Source of the DNA: Oligoflexales bacterium
GTDB lineage: Bacteria; Bdellovibrionota_B; Oligoflexia; Oligoflexales; JAPPIL01
Direction of reading: 5' to 3'
Assembly: GCA_965215515.1 (NCBI GenBank)
Contig: OZ244057.1
Location: 1,952,001 to 2,016,000, forward strand
Length of the DNA stretch: 64,000 bases
Part shown: piece by piece, positions 10,920 through 20,725 of the stretch
Numbering within the stretch: the first letter of the stretch is position 1
Layout: each line of letters opens with the position of its first letter
The notes under the pieces: generated by a model
The model's input: only the letters and a program-made list of their open reading frames with translations
Told to the model about the DNA's origin: nothing
Database searches by the model: none
Position numbers and translations under genes: made by a program

Positions 10920-12947
10920 ATGCACATGACAAGTTTTTTACGCCTCTGTTGCCTGCTGTTGTTTTTCTACAGCCAGAGCGGTTTTGCCCTCAACTGCACA
11001 CAGCTCAAGCACATGGTTGCCATGTACCTGAAGATGCATTTCAAGTTTGAGAAATTTGACGATAAATTGTCAGAACGCACCCTGCGTAATTTTCTGCGCA
11101 GCTGGGATCCAGGCAAGGCCTACCTGTTTCAAAAAGACGTGGACACACTTACCAAACGCTACCGCACCACACTCGATGACCAAATCAGCAAAGGGAGTTG
11201 CCGAGCACTCGACGACATCATCAACACCTTCTCGATGCGTTTTCACAAAGTACACAGCAATATTAACAACATTATCAACGCCAAACACAACTTCGAAATC
11301 GACGAATACATGTTCATCGACCGCCGAAAAATCTCCTACGCCAAAAACCAACGTGAGTTGGACGAGCGTTGGCGCAAGCGCATAAAATTTCAGTTGCTGC
11401 AACTAAAAAGCTCTCTTGATGATATGGATAAAGTGCACCGCAAACTTACCAAGCGTTATCAGTTGATTGCTCTGCGACATAAGGAGTTGGATAGTGACGA
11501 TGTTTATGATGCGTTCTTAAGTGCTTTTGCGACGGCACTCGATCCGCACTCGGATTATCTGGCGGCGGAAGATCTGGAGGATTTCCAAATTCGTACACGT
11601 TTGTCTTTGGAAGGTATCGGGGCGGTGTTGCGCAGTGAGGATGGTTTCACGGTTATTCAGTCACTCGTACCTGGCGGAGCGGCGGAGAGGTCTGGACTGC
11701 TGAAAGAAAACGACAAAATCATCGGTGTGGCACAAGCGAAGGGCGAAAGTGTCGATATCATCGACATGGATTTGCGCGAGGTGGTGAAACTCATTCGCGG
11801 TGAGAGAGGTACGAAAGTCCGCTTGACCATCCTGCGTGAGAGAGAAAAAGACACACAGCGCTCGTCGGTGAGCATTGTACGCGAGAAAATCAAACTTAAA
11901 GATCAAGAAGTCAGTTCCAAAGTTTACCAGCTCAAAGCCGCCATCTCCAAACAAAAAAGCAAGTTGTATAACATCGCAGTGATCGACTTGCCTTCCTTTT
12001 ATATCGATTTTGAAGGGCGACAGAACAAACATTCCGATTTCAAGAGCTCGTCGCGAGATTTGCAGCATGAGTTGACCAAACTAAAAAAGCAGAAAATCGA
12101 TGCTCTCGTGCTCGATTTGCGCAGCAACGGAGGGGGCAGTCTTGATGAAGCAATCAATGTTGCTGGTCTCTTTATCCCTGCAGGGCCTATCGTACAAGTA
12201 AAAGCAACGGGCCGCTCTGTCAAGGTGCATCGTGATGAAGACAACGTTACCCACTACAACGGGCCGCTGGTCGTGCTGGTCAATCGCCATTCCGCCAGTG
12301 CGAGCGAAATCGTAGCTGGCGCGGTGCAGGACTATCAACGTGGTATCATCGTAGGTGACGCACACACCTTCGGGAAAGGCACGGTGCAAAGTCTATCCGA
12401 AGTCAGCCGTACTATCGGTGCTTTGAAAGTTACCATTTCCAAGTTCTACCGTCCGTCTGGTTCGAGTACACAGTTGCAAGGTGTAGAGTCAGATATCGTG
12501 TTCCCTTCCATCGCGGACAAACTGGAAATGGGCGAAAAATACTACGATTACGCGCTGGAATGGGAACGCATCAAGCAGACAAAATACAAGTTGCAGCGAC
12601 ATACCTTGCCCTACACAGCGAAACTAGCCCAAGCGAGCAGTGAACGTATCAAGAACGATCCGCAGTTTCGGGAAATTATCGCTAACATCAAAGAATTCAC
12701 CTCCCAAAAGGAGGAACGCACACGTGTAAGCCTGCAAGAAAAACCTGTAGAACAGAAAAAAACAGACAAAGACAAACAAAAAACAACCGACGCGACCCCC
12801 ACCTCCGACGAGCCTCACGTCGAACTGCACGAAGACCCATATCTGCAAGAAACTCTAAAAGTTACGAGCGACTACCTCAGATTACGAGCAGGAGCTAAAC
12901 TAGTCCCTACCACCATCCCAATCCTGCAAACGAAAACGAAAAAATAA
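10920..12947 (+). CDS. prc: Carboxy-terminal processing (tail-specific) protease, S41 family
   Basis: Signal peptide, LDPHSDY, EGIGAVL PDZ domain, DLRSNGGGSL, SASASEI, TFGKGTVQ. Confidence 0.93.
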   Translation: MHMTSFLRLCCLLLFFYSQSGFALNCTQLKHMVAMYLKMHFKFEKFDDKLSERTLRNFLRSWDPGKAYLFQKDVDTLTKRYRTTLDDQISKGSCRALDDIINTFSMRFHKVHSNINNIINAKHNFEIDEYMFIDRRKISYAKNQRELDERWRKRIKFQLLQLKSSLDDMDKVHRKLTKRYQLIALRHKELDSDDVYDAFLSAFATALDPHSDYLAAEDLEDFQIRTRLSLEGIGAVLRSEDGFTVIQSLVPGGAAERSGLLKENDKIIGVAQAKGESVDIIDMDLREVVKLIRGERGTKVRLTILREREKDTQRSSVSIVREKIKLKDQEVSSKVYQLKAAISKQKSKLYNIAVIDLPSFYIDFEGRQNKHSDFKSSSRDLQHELTKLKKQKIDALVLDLRSNGGGSLDEAINVAGLFIPAGPIVQVKATGRSVKVHRDEDNVTHYNGPLVVLVNRHSASASEIVAGAVQDYQRGIIVGDAHTFGKGTVQSLSEVSRTIGALKVTISKFYRPSGSSTQLQGVESDIVFPSIADKLEMGEKYYDYALEWERIKQTKYKLQRHTLPYTAKLAQASSERIKNDPQFREIIANIKEFTSQKEERTRVSLQEKPVEQKKTDKDKQKTTDATPTSDEPHVELHEDPYLQETLKVTSDYLRLRAGAKLVPTTIPILQTKTKK

Positions 12948-12958
12948 ACATCATCTTT

Positions 12959-14239
12959 TCACCCCTCGTGTATCTCAGCTCCCAGCTGCTGAAGTTTAGT
13001 GACGATACCGCCGTAGCCGCGTTCGATTTGTGCTGCGTTGTCGATGTGGCTTGTGCCTTTCGCTACCAATGCGGCCATTAACAGTGCCATACCGGCGCGC
13101 ACGTCAGGTGAGGTCAGGTGCGCCGCCGACAGGCGGGTGGGGCCGCTAACGACGACGCGATGCGGATCGCACAGCACGATGTTCGCTCCCATCGCCAGCA
13201 AACTGTCGATAAAGAACATGCGCCCTTCAAACATTTTTTCGAAAAAAATTACTGTGCCATGTGCCTGTGTCGCAGCGACGATGGCAACGGACATCAAATC
13301 GGTGGGAAAAGCAGGCCACGGGCCGCTGTAAACCGATGGCAGTCGGTTGCCGATGTCTTTTCCGATGTGCAGAGCCGCACCGCTGACCTCTACTGTATTG
13401 TGCTCGTAATCACAAGCAACACCGATACCTAGCCGCGCGAAAATCTTTAGGATAAAGCGCAAATCGTCCAACTCCACATCTTGTATTGTCAGTGTGCCAC
13501 CGCTAATTGCCGCGAGACAGATAAAACTGCCAACCTCCATATAATCAGGAGAAATCGTATGCGTTGCACCCCGCAAACGTGCCACACCCTTGATAAGCAA
13601 GCGGTTTGACCCCATCCCACTTATGTCTGCGCCCATCGCCTTCAACAAACGACACAAGCCCACCACATGTGGTTCACAGGCACAGTGTTTGATTATCGTC
13701 TCGCCTTCGCCTAACACGGCGAGCAAGACGATGTTCTCCGTCGCGGTAACGGAGGGCTCATCGAGTAAAATTTCGCAGTCTCTGATGCGCTCGATATGCC
13801 CTTCGATACGCTGGTCGAGGGTGAGTTCGCCACCCAAGGCGGTAATCCCTTCCCAATGTGTATCGATACGCCGTGCACCGATGACATCGCCCCCTGGCAG
13901 AGGTAACGATACTCGTCCACAACGTGCCAACAAAGGTGCGAGTAGTAGGATAGAGGCCCTGATCTTAGCACACAAGTCAGCACGCGGTGCGTAGCTCCTC
14001 ACCTCACGAGCACGACAAACAAGCGTGGAGGCATCTTGCCATGCGATCTGCACACCGAGATTTTTCAAAATCTCCACCATCACCAACACATCACCAATAC
14101 GTGGCACACGCTTAAAAATAACCTCTTCATCGGTGAGCAGTGTCGCCACAAGACAAGGTAAGATTTCATTCTTGTTACCCGCAGCCACCAGTGTACCGTT
14201 CAGCACCTGTCCACCCGTAATGTCAAAAAAACTCGCCAT
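12959..14239 (-). CDS. murA: UDP-N-acetylglucosamine 1-carboxyvinyltransferase (Asp-type active site)
   Basis: GNKN, RASIL, LPGGDVIGAR, SVTATEN, PAFPTD, FEGR, DVRAG, IERGY. Confidence 0.95.
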   Translation of the reverse strand: MASFFDITGGQVLNGTLVAAGNKNEILPCLVATLLTDEEVIFKRVPRIGDVLVMVEILKNLGVQIAWQDASTLVCRAREVRSYAPRADLCAKIRASILLLAPLLARCGRVSLPLPGGDVIGARRIDTHWEGITALGGELTLDQRIEGHIERIRDCEILLDEPSVTATENIVLLAVLGEGETIIKHCACEPHVVGLCRLLKAMGADISGMGSNRLLIKGVARLRGATHTISPDYMEVGSFICLAAISGGTLTIQDVELDDLRFILKIFARLGIGVACDYEHNTVEVSGAALHIGKDIGNRLPSVYSGPWPAFPTDLMSVAIVAATQAHGTVIFFEKMFEGRMFFIDSLLAMGANIVLCDPHRVVVSGPTRLSAAHLTSPDVRAGMALLMAALVAKGTSHIDNAAQIERGYGGIVTKLQQLGAEIHEG

Positions 14240-14272
14240 CTCCCCCCACCTCTATAACCCCCCTCCTACCCT

Positions 14273-15022
14273 TCAACCGTGCTCAGATTTAGGCGACAGA
14301 GCCTGTTCGATCGCCTCCCGTTGTGCGGCAAAGACAGGCTGTAGCCCCGCGTGAGCGAGATCGACGATATCGTTCAGCTGCTCCTTATGGAATGCACTGT
14401 GTTCCGCCGTGCCCTGAATTTCGACGATACCACCCGCCGCGGTCATGACGATGTTCACATCCGTGCCGATATTCGAGTCCTCACGATAGTCGAGATCACA
14501 CAGCAGACGCTCACCCTGCACACCGACAGAGACGGCTGCAACCGCACCATGCAACGGGTCTTGTTTGAGCCGACCACTGCGCAGAAGCCTTGTCAACGCT
14601 ACCCGCAAGGCCACATACGCCCCTGTGATCGAGGCCGTACGCGTGCCGCCATCTGCGAGCAAAACATCACAATCGACAGTGATGGTGAGATCAGGACATC
14701 TGTTTAGATCAGTCACGGCACGCAACGACCTGCCGATGAGTCGCTGAATCTCCTGCGTACGTCCCGACAGAAAATTGCGCTCGCGACGCGTACGGCTGGG
14801 AGTCGCAGCGGGTAACATGGCATACTCCGCAGTTAACCACCCCTGCGCGGGCGAGACATTGCGCAGAAAAAAAGGTACACCCCCATCCACGCTGGCGGTG
14901 CAATTGACACGGGTAGCACCCAGCTCAATCAACACACTGCCCGCAGCAAACTTGTTCGCGACAGGGACAATACGCAAAGGACGCAACTGTCGGTCGGTTC
15001 TACCATCGGCACGAGCCTGCAT
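14273..15022 (-). CDS. rph: Ribonuclease PH
   Basis: GWLTAEYAMLP, GRTQEIQRLIGRSLRA, DCDVLLADGGTRTASITGA, EIQGTAE. Confidence 0.97.
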   Translation of the reverse strand: MQARADGRTDRQLRPLRIVPVANKFAAGSVLIELGATRVNCTASVDGGVPFFLRNVSPAQGWLTAEYAMLPAATPSRTRRERNFLSGRTQEIQRLIGRSLRAVTDLNRCPDLTITVDCDVLLADGGTRTASITGAYVALRVALTRLLRSGRLKQDPLHGAVAAVSVGVQGERLLCDLDYREDSNIGTDVNIVMTAAGGIVEIQGTAEHSAFHKEQLNDIVDLAHAGLQPVFAAQREAIEQALSPKSEHG

Positions 15023-15083
15023 TGTGATCGTCCTCCAAAAGTCAGTTAACGGAGGGCAATCTAGCCTGCTCTGCCTGTGCGGG

Positions 15084-15560
15084 TCAAGTCTTGCCGCGTG
15101 CCTGCCGTCGCTTGATTTCCAACTGGAGATTACGGTAGATAGCCTGGTAAGTTTGAGGCTCGACCACCTCTTTGCTGTGTTGTCTGCCGCTGCCTAACTG
15201 TGTAATCCCTGCGATGGTCAGGCGAGTCTCGGTGTTGCCCTTGCTGACTTGCTCGATGTTGAAAGAGACCTGATAGGTAACGCCTGTTATCTCGTGATCA
15301 TCCGCAAGAAGAGGAAGACCGAAAACTTTTAGTCGCCTATCGATGTTTTTTTTCGCCACAATCAATCCACCACGATAGTCCTGGCTCTTAATCTGATAAC
15401 CATCGTCTTGCAAAATATCTTTGATGGCAAGAAACACATTGCGATAAGAAGCTTGGAAACTGCGGGTTTGCAAGGCACGACGTTGCTGTGGTGTCCATTC
15501 TGGCGTATGGGCACAGGCAAAAGCAGTGCCCAAAGCTAACATACCTGGCACTATTTTCAT
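15084..15560 (-). CDS. Hypothetical lipoprotein
   Basis: MKIVPGMLALGTAFAC lipobox; QTRSF...VF.AI..ILQDDGYQI; GGGAGA RBS. Confidence 0.75.
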   Translation of the reverse strand: MKIVPGMLALGTAFACAHTPEWTPQQRRALQTRSFQASYRNVFLAIKDILQDDGYQIKSQDYRGGLIVAKKNIDRRLKVFGLPLLADDHEITGVTYQVSFNIEQVSKGNTETRLTIAGITQLGSGRQHSKEVVEPQTYQAIYRNLQLEIKRRQARGKT

Positions 15561-15592
15561 TTTTCTCTCCCTTAAACTAGCCAAAACTAAAA

Positions 15593-15955
15593 TTAATATT
15601 TAGTGCTCACCACCGAATAATCTACCACCACATCCTTTTTGTCGAAAGTAATGATAAAATCAAAACTTGCCGTGGAAGTGCTGCTGTAAGCAGAATCACC
15701 CCCGACAACACCGAAAAAACCGTGCGAGCTACTGCTCTTTGCACGACTCGACTGCCGCGAATAGGTCCAGACTTCCAAGCCTTTTTTATTTTTACTAATA
15801 ATATTTGGCGAGCCGAAGATTTTAACTATTTCCAACTGCGTTGTCTCGCCCTTTTTTACCTTGCTCTTAATTATTCCATAAGTGAGATTGCTGTTTTTTT
15901 TGCTGCTCGAGGTGGTGACACAAGCCGTTAGCAATAATGCCGCCAAAATATTCAT
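15593..15955 (-). CDS. SmpA/OmlA (BamE)-like small lipoprotein
   Basis: LLLTAC lipobox; VKKGETTQLEIVKIFGSPN...EVWTY...IITFDKKDVVVDY. Confidence 0.7.
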   Translation of the reverse strand: MNILAALLLTACVTTSSSKKNSNLTYGIIKSKVKKGETTQLEIVKIFGSPNIISKNKKGLEVWTYSRQSSRAKSSSSHGFFGVVGGDSAYSSTSTASFDFIITFDKKDVVVDYSVVSTKY

Positions 15956-15987
15956 CTTCCTCTCCCTCTCGTAAAGTTAGCTACTCA

Positions 15988-16827
15988 TCACCACTTAACA
16001 TCATCATCGTCATCGTCATCCACTACAGCATCATCATCTTCGAACACCACATCGTCATCGTCCGCCATATCATCTACTACCTCCGTCATCTCTTGCTGAT
16101 GATCTGAGTCATACACGAAACTATCGTAATAACGTCCTGAACTACGTTTTCTAAACATCAAAAAAGGCAATCCTATGAACAGGAAAGCGGCAAGTGCCCC
16201 ACCCCCCCAGACGTAGTAGCGATAGCGGTAGGGGGGTGAACCATCCACCACGATAGAGGTAAAACAATTCCACCATAGGTTGCCATAGTCGTCATTATTT
16301 TCGTTCTTTTCGTAATTTTTGAGCAGATCCGTGAAAGTAACGATATAATATTCTCTGCTACCCGAAATGAGCATAACGATGTGCATCATATCCACCTTGT
16401 TGATGGAATAGCTATTGTAGAAAAGAATTGCCTCACGACCTCCAATATCAACAATGGAGTGTCTGGAAACCTGATAGTTCTCGATGGAAGGGCTGTATTT
16501 GGAAAATTTGGGAGCGATTTCGGCAGCTAACCCACGTGCGGCAGCATCGTCTATATAGTGAAAGCCCTTATTCCAAAACACCTGAATATTACGGCGATAG
16601 GTCCGACCGCGACGGTGCGGTTCACGCATGTTGAGAAAAATTCCCCCCGCATTGTCTTGTACCTCAAAACCAGTGGGTGGCACAATAGAAAAATTACGCT
16701 CTGGATACTCAAATCGCTCTCCCTCGGCGAGGTTTAAGTTTTCTGCAATTACCACCTGCCCAGCAAAAAAACCTGCCACCAAAGCTACGTGGCACACGAT
16801 ACGCACGCCAACCTCCTGACACGTCAC
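15988..16827 (-). CDS. Exported membrane-anchored protein (PsbP/DcrB-like pattern) with acidic C-terminal tail
   Basis: N-terminal signal, FSIVPPTGFE, C-terminal TM helix followed by KRSS and a poly-Asp tail. Confidence 0.65.
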   Translation of the reverse strand: MTCQEVGVRIVCHVALVAGFFAGQVVIAENLNLAEGERFEYPERNFSIVPPTGFEVQDNAGGIFLNMREPHRRGRTYRRNIQVFWNKGFHYIDDAAARGLAAEIAPKFSKYSPSIENYQVSRHSIVDIGGREAILFYNSYSINKVDMMHIVMLISGSREYYIVTFTDLLKNYEKNENNDDYGNLWWNCFTSIVVDGSPPYRYRYYVWGGGALAAFLFIGLPFLMFRKRSSGRYYDSFVYDSDHQQEMTEVVDDMADDDDVVFEDDDAVVDDDDDDDVKW

Positions 16828-16860
16828 CCTGCCAGCGCTTCGGCACAGAAATACTAAACC

Positions 16861-17058
16861 TTAGCGGGCAACTTTTTCTATTTCATGCGTGCGATCTATG
16901 AGAATTTCACGTAATTCGACGTAACAATCATCGCACAAAGCCTTCCCCATCGTCTCGGATCGCACCTCACCCCAATCGAGCAGTGCTGCCCAAGCACGAT
17001 CGCTAAACTGACGTTTCCTGACCATCACCTTTAAACCACAATGATGACAGAAATTCAT
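16861..17058 (-). CDS. Small CxxC...CxxC putative zinc-binding protein
   Basis: MNFCHHCG...LCDDCY; GGGGAGG RBS before ATG 17058. Confidence 0.7.
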   Translation of the reverse strand: MNFCHHCGLKVMVRKRQFSDRAWAALLDWGEVRSETMGKALCDDCYVELREILIDRTHEIEKVAR

Positions 17059-17168
17059 CCAACCCTCCCCTGACACATAGTTACCCGAAACCACAGAAGG
17101 CACTGCCAACCCAGCAATGGCCTACCCAGCCCCAGCTACACCGACCGATAAATGATTAACTGCGAACC

Positions 17169-17196
17169 ATTCTCCACAAATAAAAAATTGTGTCAA
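17169..17196 (-). promoter_or_regulatory. Sigma70-like promoter for the zinc-binding protein gene
   Basis: Minus strand TTGACA-N16-GAGAAT. Confidence 0.45.
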
Positions 17197-17475
17197 GTTT
17201 TTATTTGTGCATTTTTGTCACCGATAAGGACAATTGCTCAGTAAAAGTTGCTTTTCGTCAGCTCCTCCTCTCTCCCTCCAGTTATGCGAGCCGATATTGC
17301 AGGCAGACAACGGTAATTGTGGGCTTTTTGCCATGTAACCTAAGGCGCAAAAAAAAACGCCGATGTGTGTTGTATATAGCCTTATTAGGGGGAACAAAAA
17401 TGAAACTGCTAGCCGTCTTTTCTTTACGATGTGCAGGGGGAGATAACTGTGTTCTCTGACGTGCTGGCTGAATAA

Positions 17476-17943
17476 TCAGGGTCGTCGCAGCACCACTGCA
17501 AAATGTCCGCGCAGGGGTAAATCGCCTATCTTTACGTCGTGTGGCGACTGCTCGATAGCGACGATCTGAGCACGGTATTTGTGTCGCAGCCAGCTATGTA
17601 CATCTCTTGCCAACAGGTGTTCGCCACGTTGCTGGTGTCGTCCTTTGCCTGTGATAATCTTGACCCGTACGTTGTTCTTGCCGACAACAACCCGCCGCAA
17701 CAACGCGTCTATCCGCTGTTGTGATTCCCGCAGTGTCAGGCCATGCAAGTCTATTTGGTATGAGCTCGGTCGCGGACGTTGTTTGTGGGGGGGTGGCTTT
17801 TTGTCCTTTGCCACGCGGTCTTTGTCGCTCTGTGCAGGCATGGAAGCGACCGCATCTCGCATCATCTGCGCGGCGTTTTTTTCCAGGTGGAAGTGGATGC
17901 CGTTTTTGTGTGCTGTTGTCTTTTTAACTTTTTTGCGAACCAT
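17476..17943 (-). CDS. Smr-domain protein (stand-alone)
   Basis: IDLHGLT and VKIITGKG motifs; start uncertain. Confidence 0.85.
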   Translation of the reverse strand: MVRKKVKKTTAHKNGIHFHLEKNAAQMMRDAVASMPAQSDKDRVAKDKKPPPHKQRPRPSSYQIDLHGLTLRESQQRIDALLRRVVVGKNNVRVKIITGKGRHQQRGEHLLARDVHSWLRHKYRAQIVAIEQSPHDVKIGDLPLRGHFAVVLRRP

Positions 17944-18835
17944 GTCTGTGTCGCTGTGCAGTGGTAAAAACTTCTGCGGCACGATAACTGCTGCGCGACA
18001 ACGGGGCGGCGACTACGGCAGCAAAACCGAGGTTCAGTGCGAAGGTACACAGTTCTTGGAACGCTACAGGGGGCAGATATTCTTTCACCGTCAGGTGCTT
18101 GCGGGTGGGGCGCATGTATTGTCCGATGGTGACGATGTCTACCTCGTGGGCGCGCAAGTCACACAAGGTCTGCTCGACCTCTTGACGTGTTTCACCCAGT
18201 CCGAGCATCAGGGAACTTTTGCTGAGCAGATCAGCGCGGCAACGTTTGAAATTACGCAGTACTTGCAGCGACGTACGATAAGCGGCACGGCGATCTCGCA
18301 CTCGTGGGGTCAGGCGTGCAACGGTTTCGATGTTGTGTGCCAGCACATCGGGGGCGACAGCACACAGTGTCTCCAATGCGGACAATTCACCTTTGAAGTC
18401 GGAGGTCAGCAGTTCCACTTTGATCTGTGGTCGTACTATGCGCACCTGCCGCACGACTGCGGCGAGATGGGCCGCCCCTCCGTCGGGCAAATCATCACGA
18501 TCGACCATTGTAATCACTGCATAGTTCAAGCCCATCACCCGCACGCTATCTGCTACCCGCTGTGGTTCTGTGTGATCGACGTACCCCTGTGGATTGCCAG
18601 TCTTGATATGGCAAAAACGGCAAGCACGGGTACAGGTATCACCCAACACCATGAAGGTCGCCGTGCCTGTATTCCAGCATTCTCCGATGTTGGGGCACTT
18701 GGCTTCTTGGCAGACGGTGACCAGTTGCTGCTGCGCCAAGTTTTTTTTAATTTGCAGGTAAGTCGAGCCTCGTGGCAACGAAGTCTTCAGCCATTTCGGT
18801 TTACCGCTCTGCGCGCGCGCGTGTTTTGGACGCAT
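17924..18835 (-). CDS. lipA: Lipoyl synthase
   Basis: KPKWL, TVCQEAKCPNIGECW, CTRACRFC, HNIETV, GQYMRP, RSSYRA. Confidence 0.97.
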   Translation of the reverse strand: MRPKHARAQSGKPKWLKTSLPRGSTYLQIKKNLAQQQLVTVCQEAKCPNIGECWNTGTATFMVLGDTCTRACRFCHIKTGNPQGYVDHTEPQRVADSVRVMGLNYAVITMVDRDDLPDGGAAHLAAVVRQVRIVRPQIKVELLTSDFKGELSALETLCAVAPDVLAHNIETVARLTPRVRDRRAAYRTSLQVLRNFKRCRADLLSKSSLMLGLGETRQEVEQTLCDLRAHEVDIVTIGQYMRPTRKHLTVKEYLPPVAFQELCTFALNLGFAAVVAAPLSRSSYRAAEVFTTAQRHRHGSQKS

Positions 18836-18927
18836 GGCAACCCTCCTTCTCTCTAACTAATCTAACTTTTGCTGCGCCGCATGAACACCATTATCTTTTC
18901 CAGCGGTGGCAAGGAAGGCGAATTCTG

Positions 18928-20040
18928 CTAGTTTCCTTGCCTGATAACTCGTTGCCAGGGGGTGAAATCGAAGTCAGTGGTAAGGGTGATGGTATACACG
19001 GGCACGGGTTGCTGTGCATAGAAATCTTCATCGCGCCAGTAGTCCTTGGTTGTCGTCACGATAGCATTGGCGTATGGGGTGAGGCGGCGCACGACGTGTC
19101 GGGGACAGGTTTCGTGGTCGGCTAGGTACAGGGCGAGACGCACTTGGATACCGAGGTGTTGCACTGCGGAGAGCACTTGGGTAGGGGCGGCAACACCGCA
19201 GATAAGGAGTACGGGGTTGTGCTGCTCCCCGAAGGAGGTGCGTGTCGGGGGCATGGCTGCGAGGGTAGGGCTGACGAATTTTACCAGCACTGTGTGTGGC
19301 GTGTGTTGTTGGACTTTACGTACCTGATAGGCGCTGGGTGTGTCGGCGGTAGCACGGGTGAACAGCACGAGATCGGCACGACGCAGAGCACCGCGCGGTT
19401 CACGCAGCATACCGCATGGTAATGGTCGAGCATCGGCAAATGGTCGTGCGGCATCGAGTAACACGATATCGAGATCGCGGGCGATTTGCACGTGCTGGAA
19501 ACCGTCATCGAGCACAAAACAGGTCGGCGGTGCTTCCTCGCTCACCGCAAGATAAGCTTGTGCGGCAGCGTAACGACGTGGGGCAGCGATCACCGTCGCT
19601 TGTGGCAAGGCGTGTGCGAGCAGGCGGGCTTCGTCGAGTGCCTGCACGTCCTTTTTCCCGCATACGATGCGGTCACCCCGCAGCACCGTGAATTCACGGC
19701 CTCGCAGATTGCTACCGTAGCCGCGGCTGAGTACTGCTACTCGTTCGTCCTGTGCAGCCAGTTGCTGGGCGATGGTGAGCACGATGGGGGTTTTGCCACT
19801 GCCGCCACTGACGATATTCCCGACCGAGATAGTGGGTGCGGGTAACTTGTGGCGCGGCAGTAGGCAGCGATACAAAAACAAACGCCCCCACACCGCGGCG
19901 CGGTAACAGAGAGCGAACGGCCACAACAACGCTTGCATGCCAGTTAACTGCTGTATCTGCCACAGGCGCTCGTGCCACCGATACCGTCGTGACTTGTAGA
20001 TACGCACGCGTCTGCCCTCATCCTGTGGTCGGTACATCAT
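18928..20040 (-). CDS. lpxK: Tetraacyldisaccharide 4'-kinase
   Basis: ISVGNIVSGGSGKTP, LSRGYG, DE, LDDGFQH, PCGMLREP, TTTKD; start uncertain. Confidence 0.93.
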   Translation of the reverse strand: MMYRPQDEGRRVRIYKSRRYRWHERLWQIQQLTGMQALLWPFALCYRAAVWGRLFLYRCLLPRHKLPAPTISVGNIVSGGSGKTPIVLTIAQQLAAQDERVAVLSRGYGSNLRGREFTVLRGDRIVCGKKDVQALDEARLLAHALPQATVIAAPRRYAAAQAYLAVSEEAPPTCFVLDDGFQHVQIARDLDIVLLDAARPFADARPLPCGMLREPRGALRRADLVLFTRATADTPSAYQVRKVQQHTPHTVLVKFVSPTLAAMPPTRTSFGEQHNPVLLICGVAAPTQVLSAVQHLGIQVRLALYLADHETCPRHVVRRLTPYANAIVTTTKDYWRDEDFYAQQPVPVYTITLTTDFDFTPWQRVIRQGN

Positions 20041-20119
20041 GTGTTATGCGCTGGCAGAAAGCACCTGTAACGCTGCTGAACTCACGAGCACGGGAGGGTG
20101 CGGCATCGTTGCGTCGTGC

Positions 20120-20593
20120 CTACTCGTTTGCTTCCAATACTTTATCTGTGCCGCGCAGAGGTTCGGACAGCATGCGTTCAATACTCTGCAACTTTTGCAT
20201 GATATTGCTAGCCACGTGTCGATCTCTGACTTGTGTGATGTCAACCCTGGTGTCGAGGCTGCCGTCGGCGGCGAGGTAAGGCAACTCCTCCTTGAGGTTT
20301 AAAGACCAGCTCTGAAACTCGGTGTTGAGTCGCAACACCGTGTCGTGGTCGGTGGTGTCAGCAATGGCGTTTTCAAGCCTCTTCCTGGTTTTTTCCAAGT
20401 TGTGACTGATTTTGTTGGCGTGCCAGCTTAACATCATCAACGAGTCTGCTTCGGCGATGCCACGGGCGTGGTGGATAATGAGTTTGCTCTGGATCAACAT
20501 CGGTGTGATACGGCGTGTACTTCCGCCGCGTTCTGAACGGTGATTGTTGCATGCCTGACTCATTAATAACGGTAGTAAAAATAAAAACTGCAT
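20120..20593 (-). CDS. Hypothetical helical lipoprotein
   Basis: MQFLFLLPLLMSQAC lipobox; GAGG RBS. Confidence 0.65.
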   Translation of the reverse strand: MQFLFLLPLLMSQACNNHRSERGGSTRRITPMLIQSKLIIHHARGIAEADSLMMLSWHANKISHNLEKTRKRLENAIADTTDHDTVLRLNTEFQSWSLNLKEELPYLAADGSLDTRVDITQVRDRHVASNIMQKLQSIERMLSEPLRGTDKVLEANE

Positions 20594-20627
20594 AAATTTC
20601 CCTCATCTAAAATAATACAACTCGGTG

Positions 20628-20655
20628 AGTGTACTTTTTGGACATAGGATGTCAA
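20628..20655 (-). promoter_or_regulatory. Sigma70-like promoter
   Basis: Minus strand TTGACA-N16-TACACT in an AT-rich intergenic region. Confidence 0.55.
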
Positions 20656-20725
20656 CAAAATTATCTATGGTAAGCTTTAATGACTGGATATTATTCATAA
20701 AAATCAGGGTGGCCCCCTTTTTCCA

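Noticed and set aside
17579..18856. 425-aa plus-strand ORF
   Set aside because: Antisense shadow of lipA and the Smr gene; no motifs.
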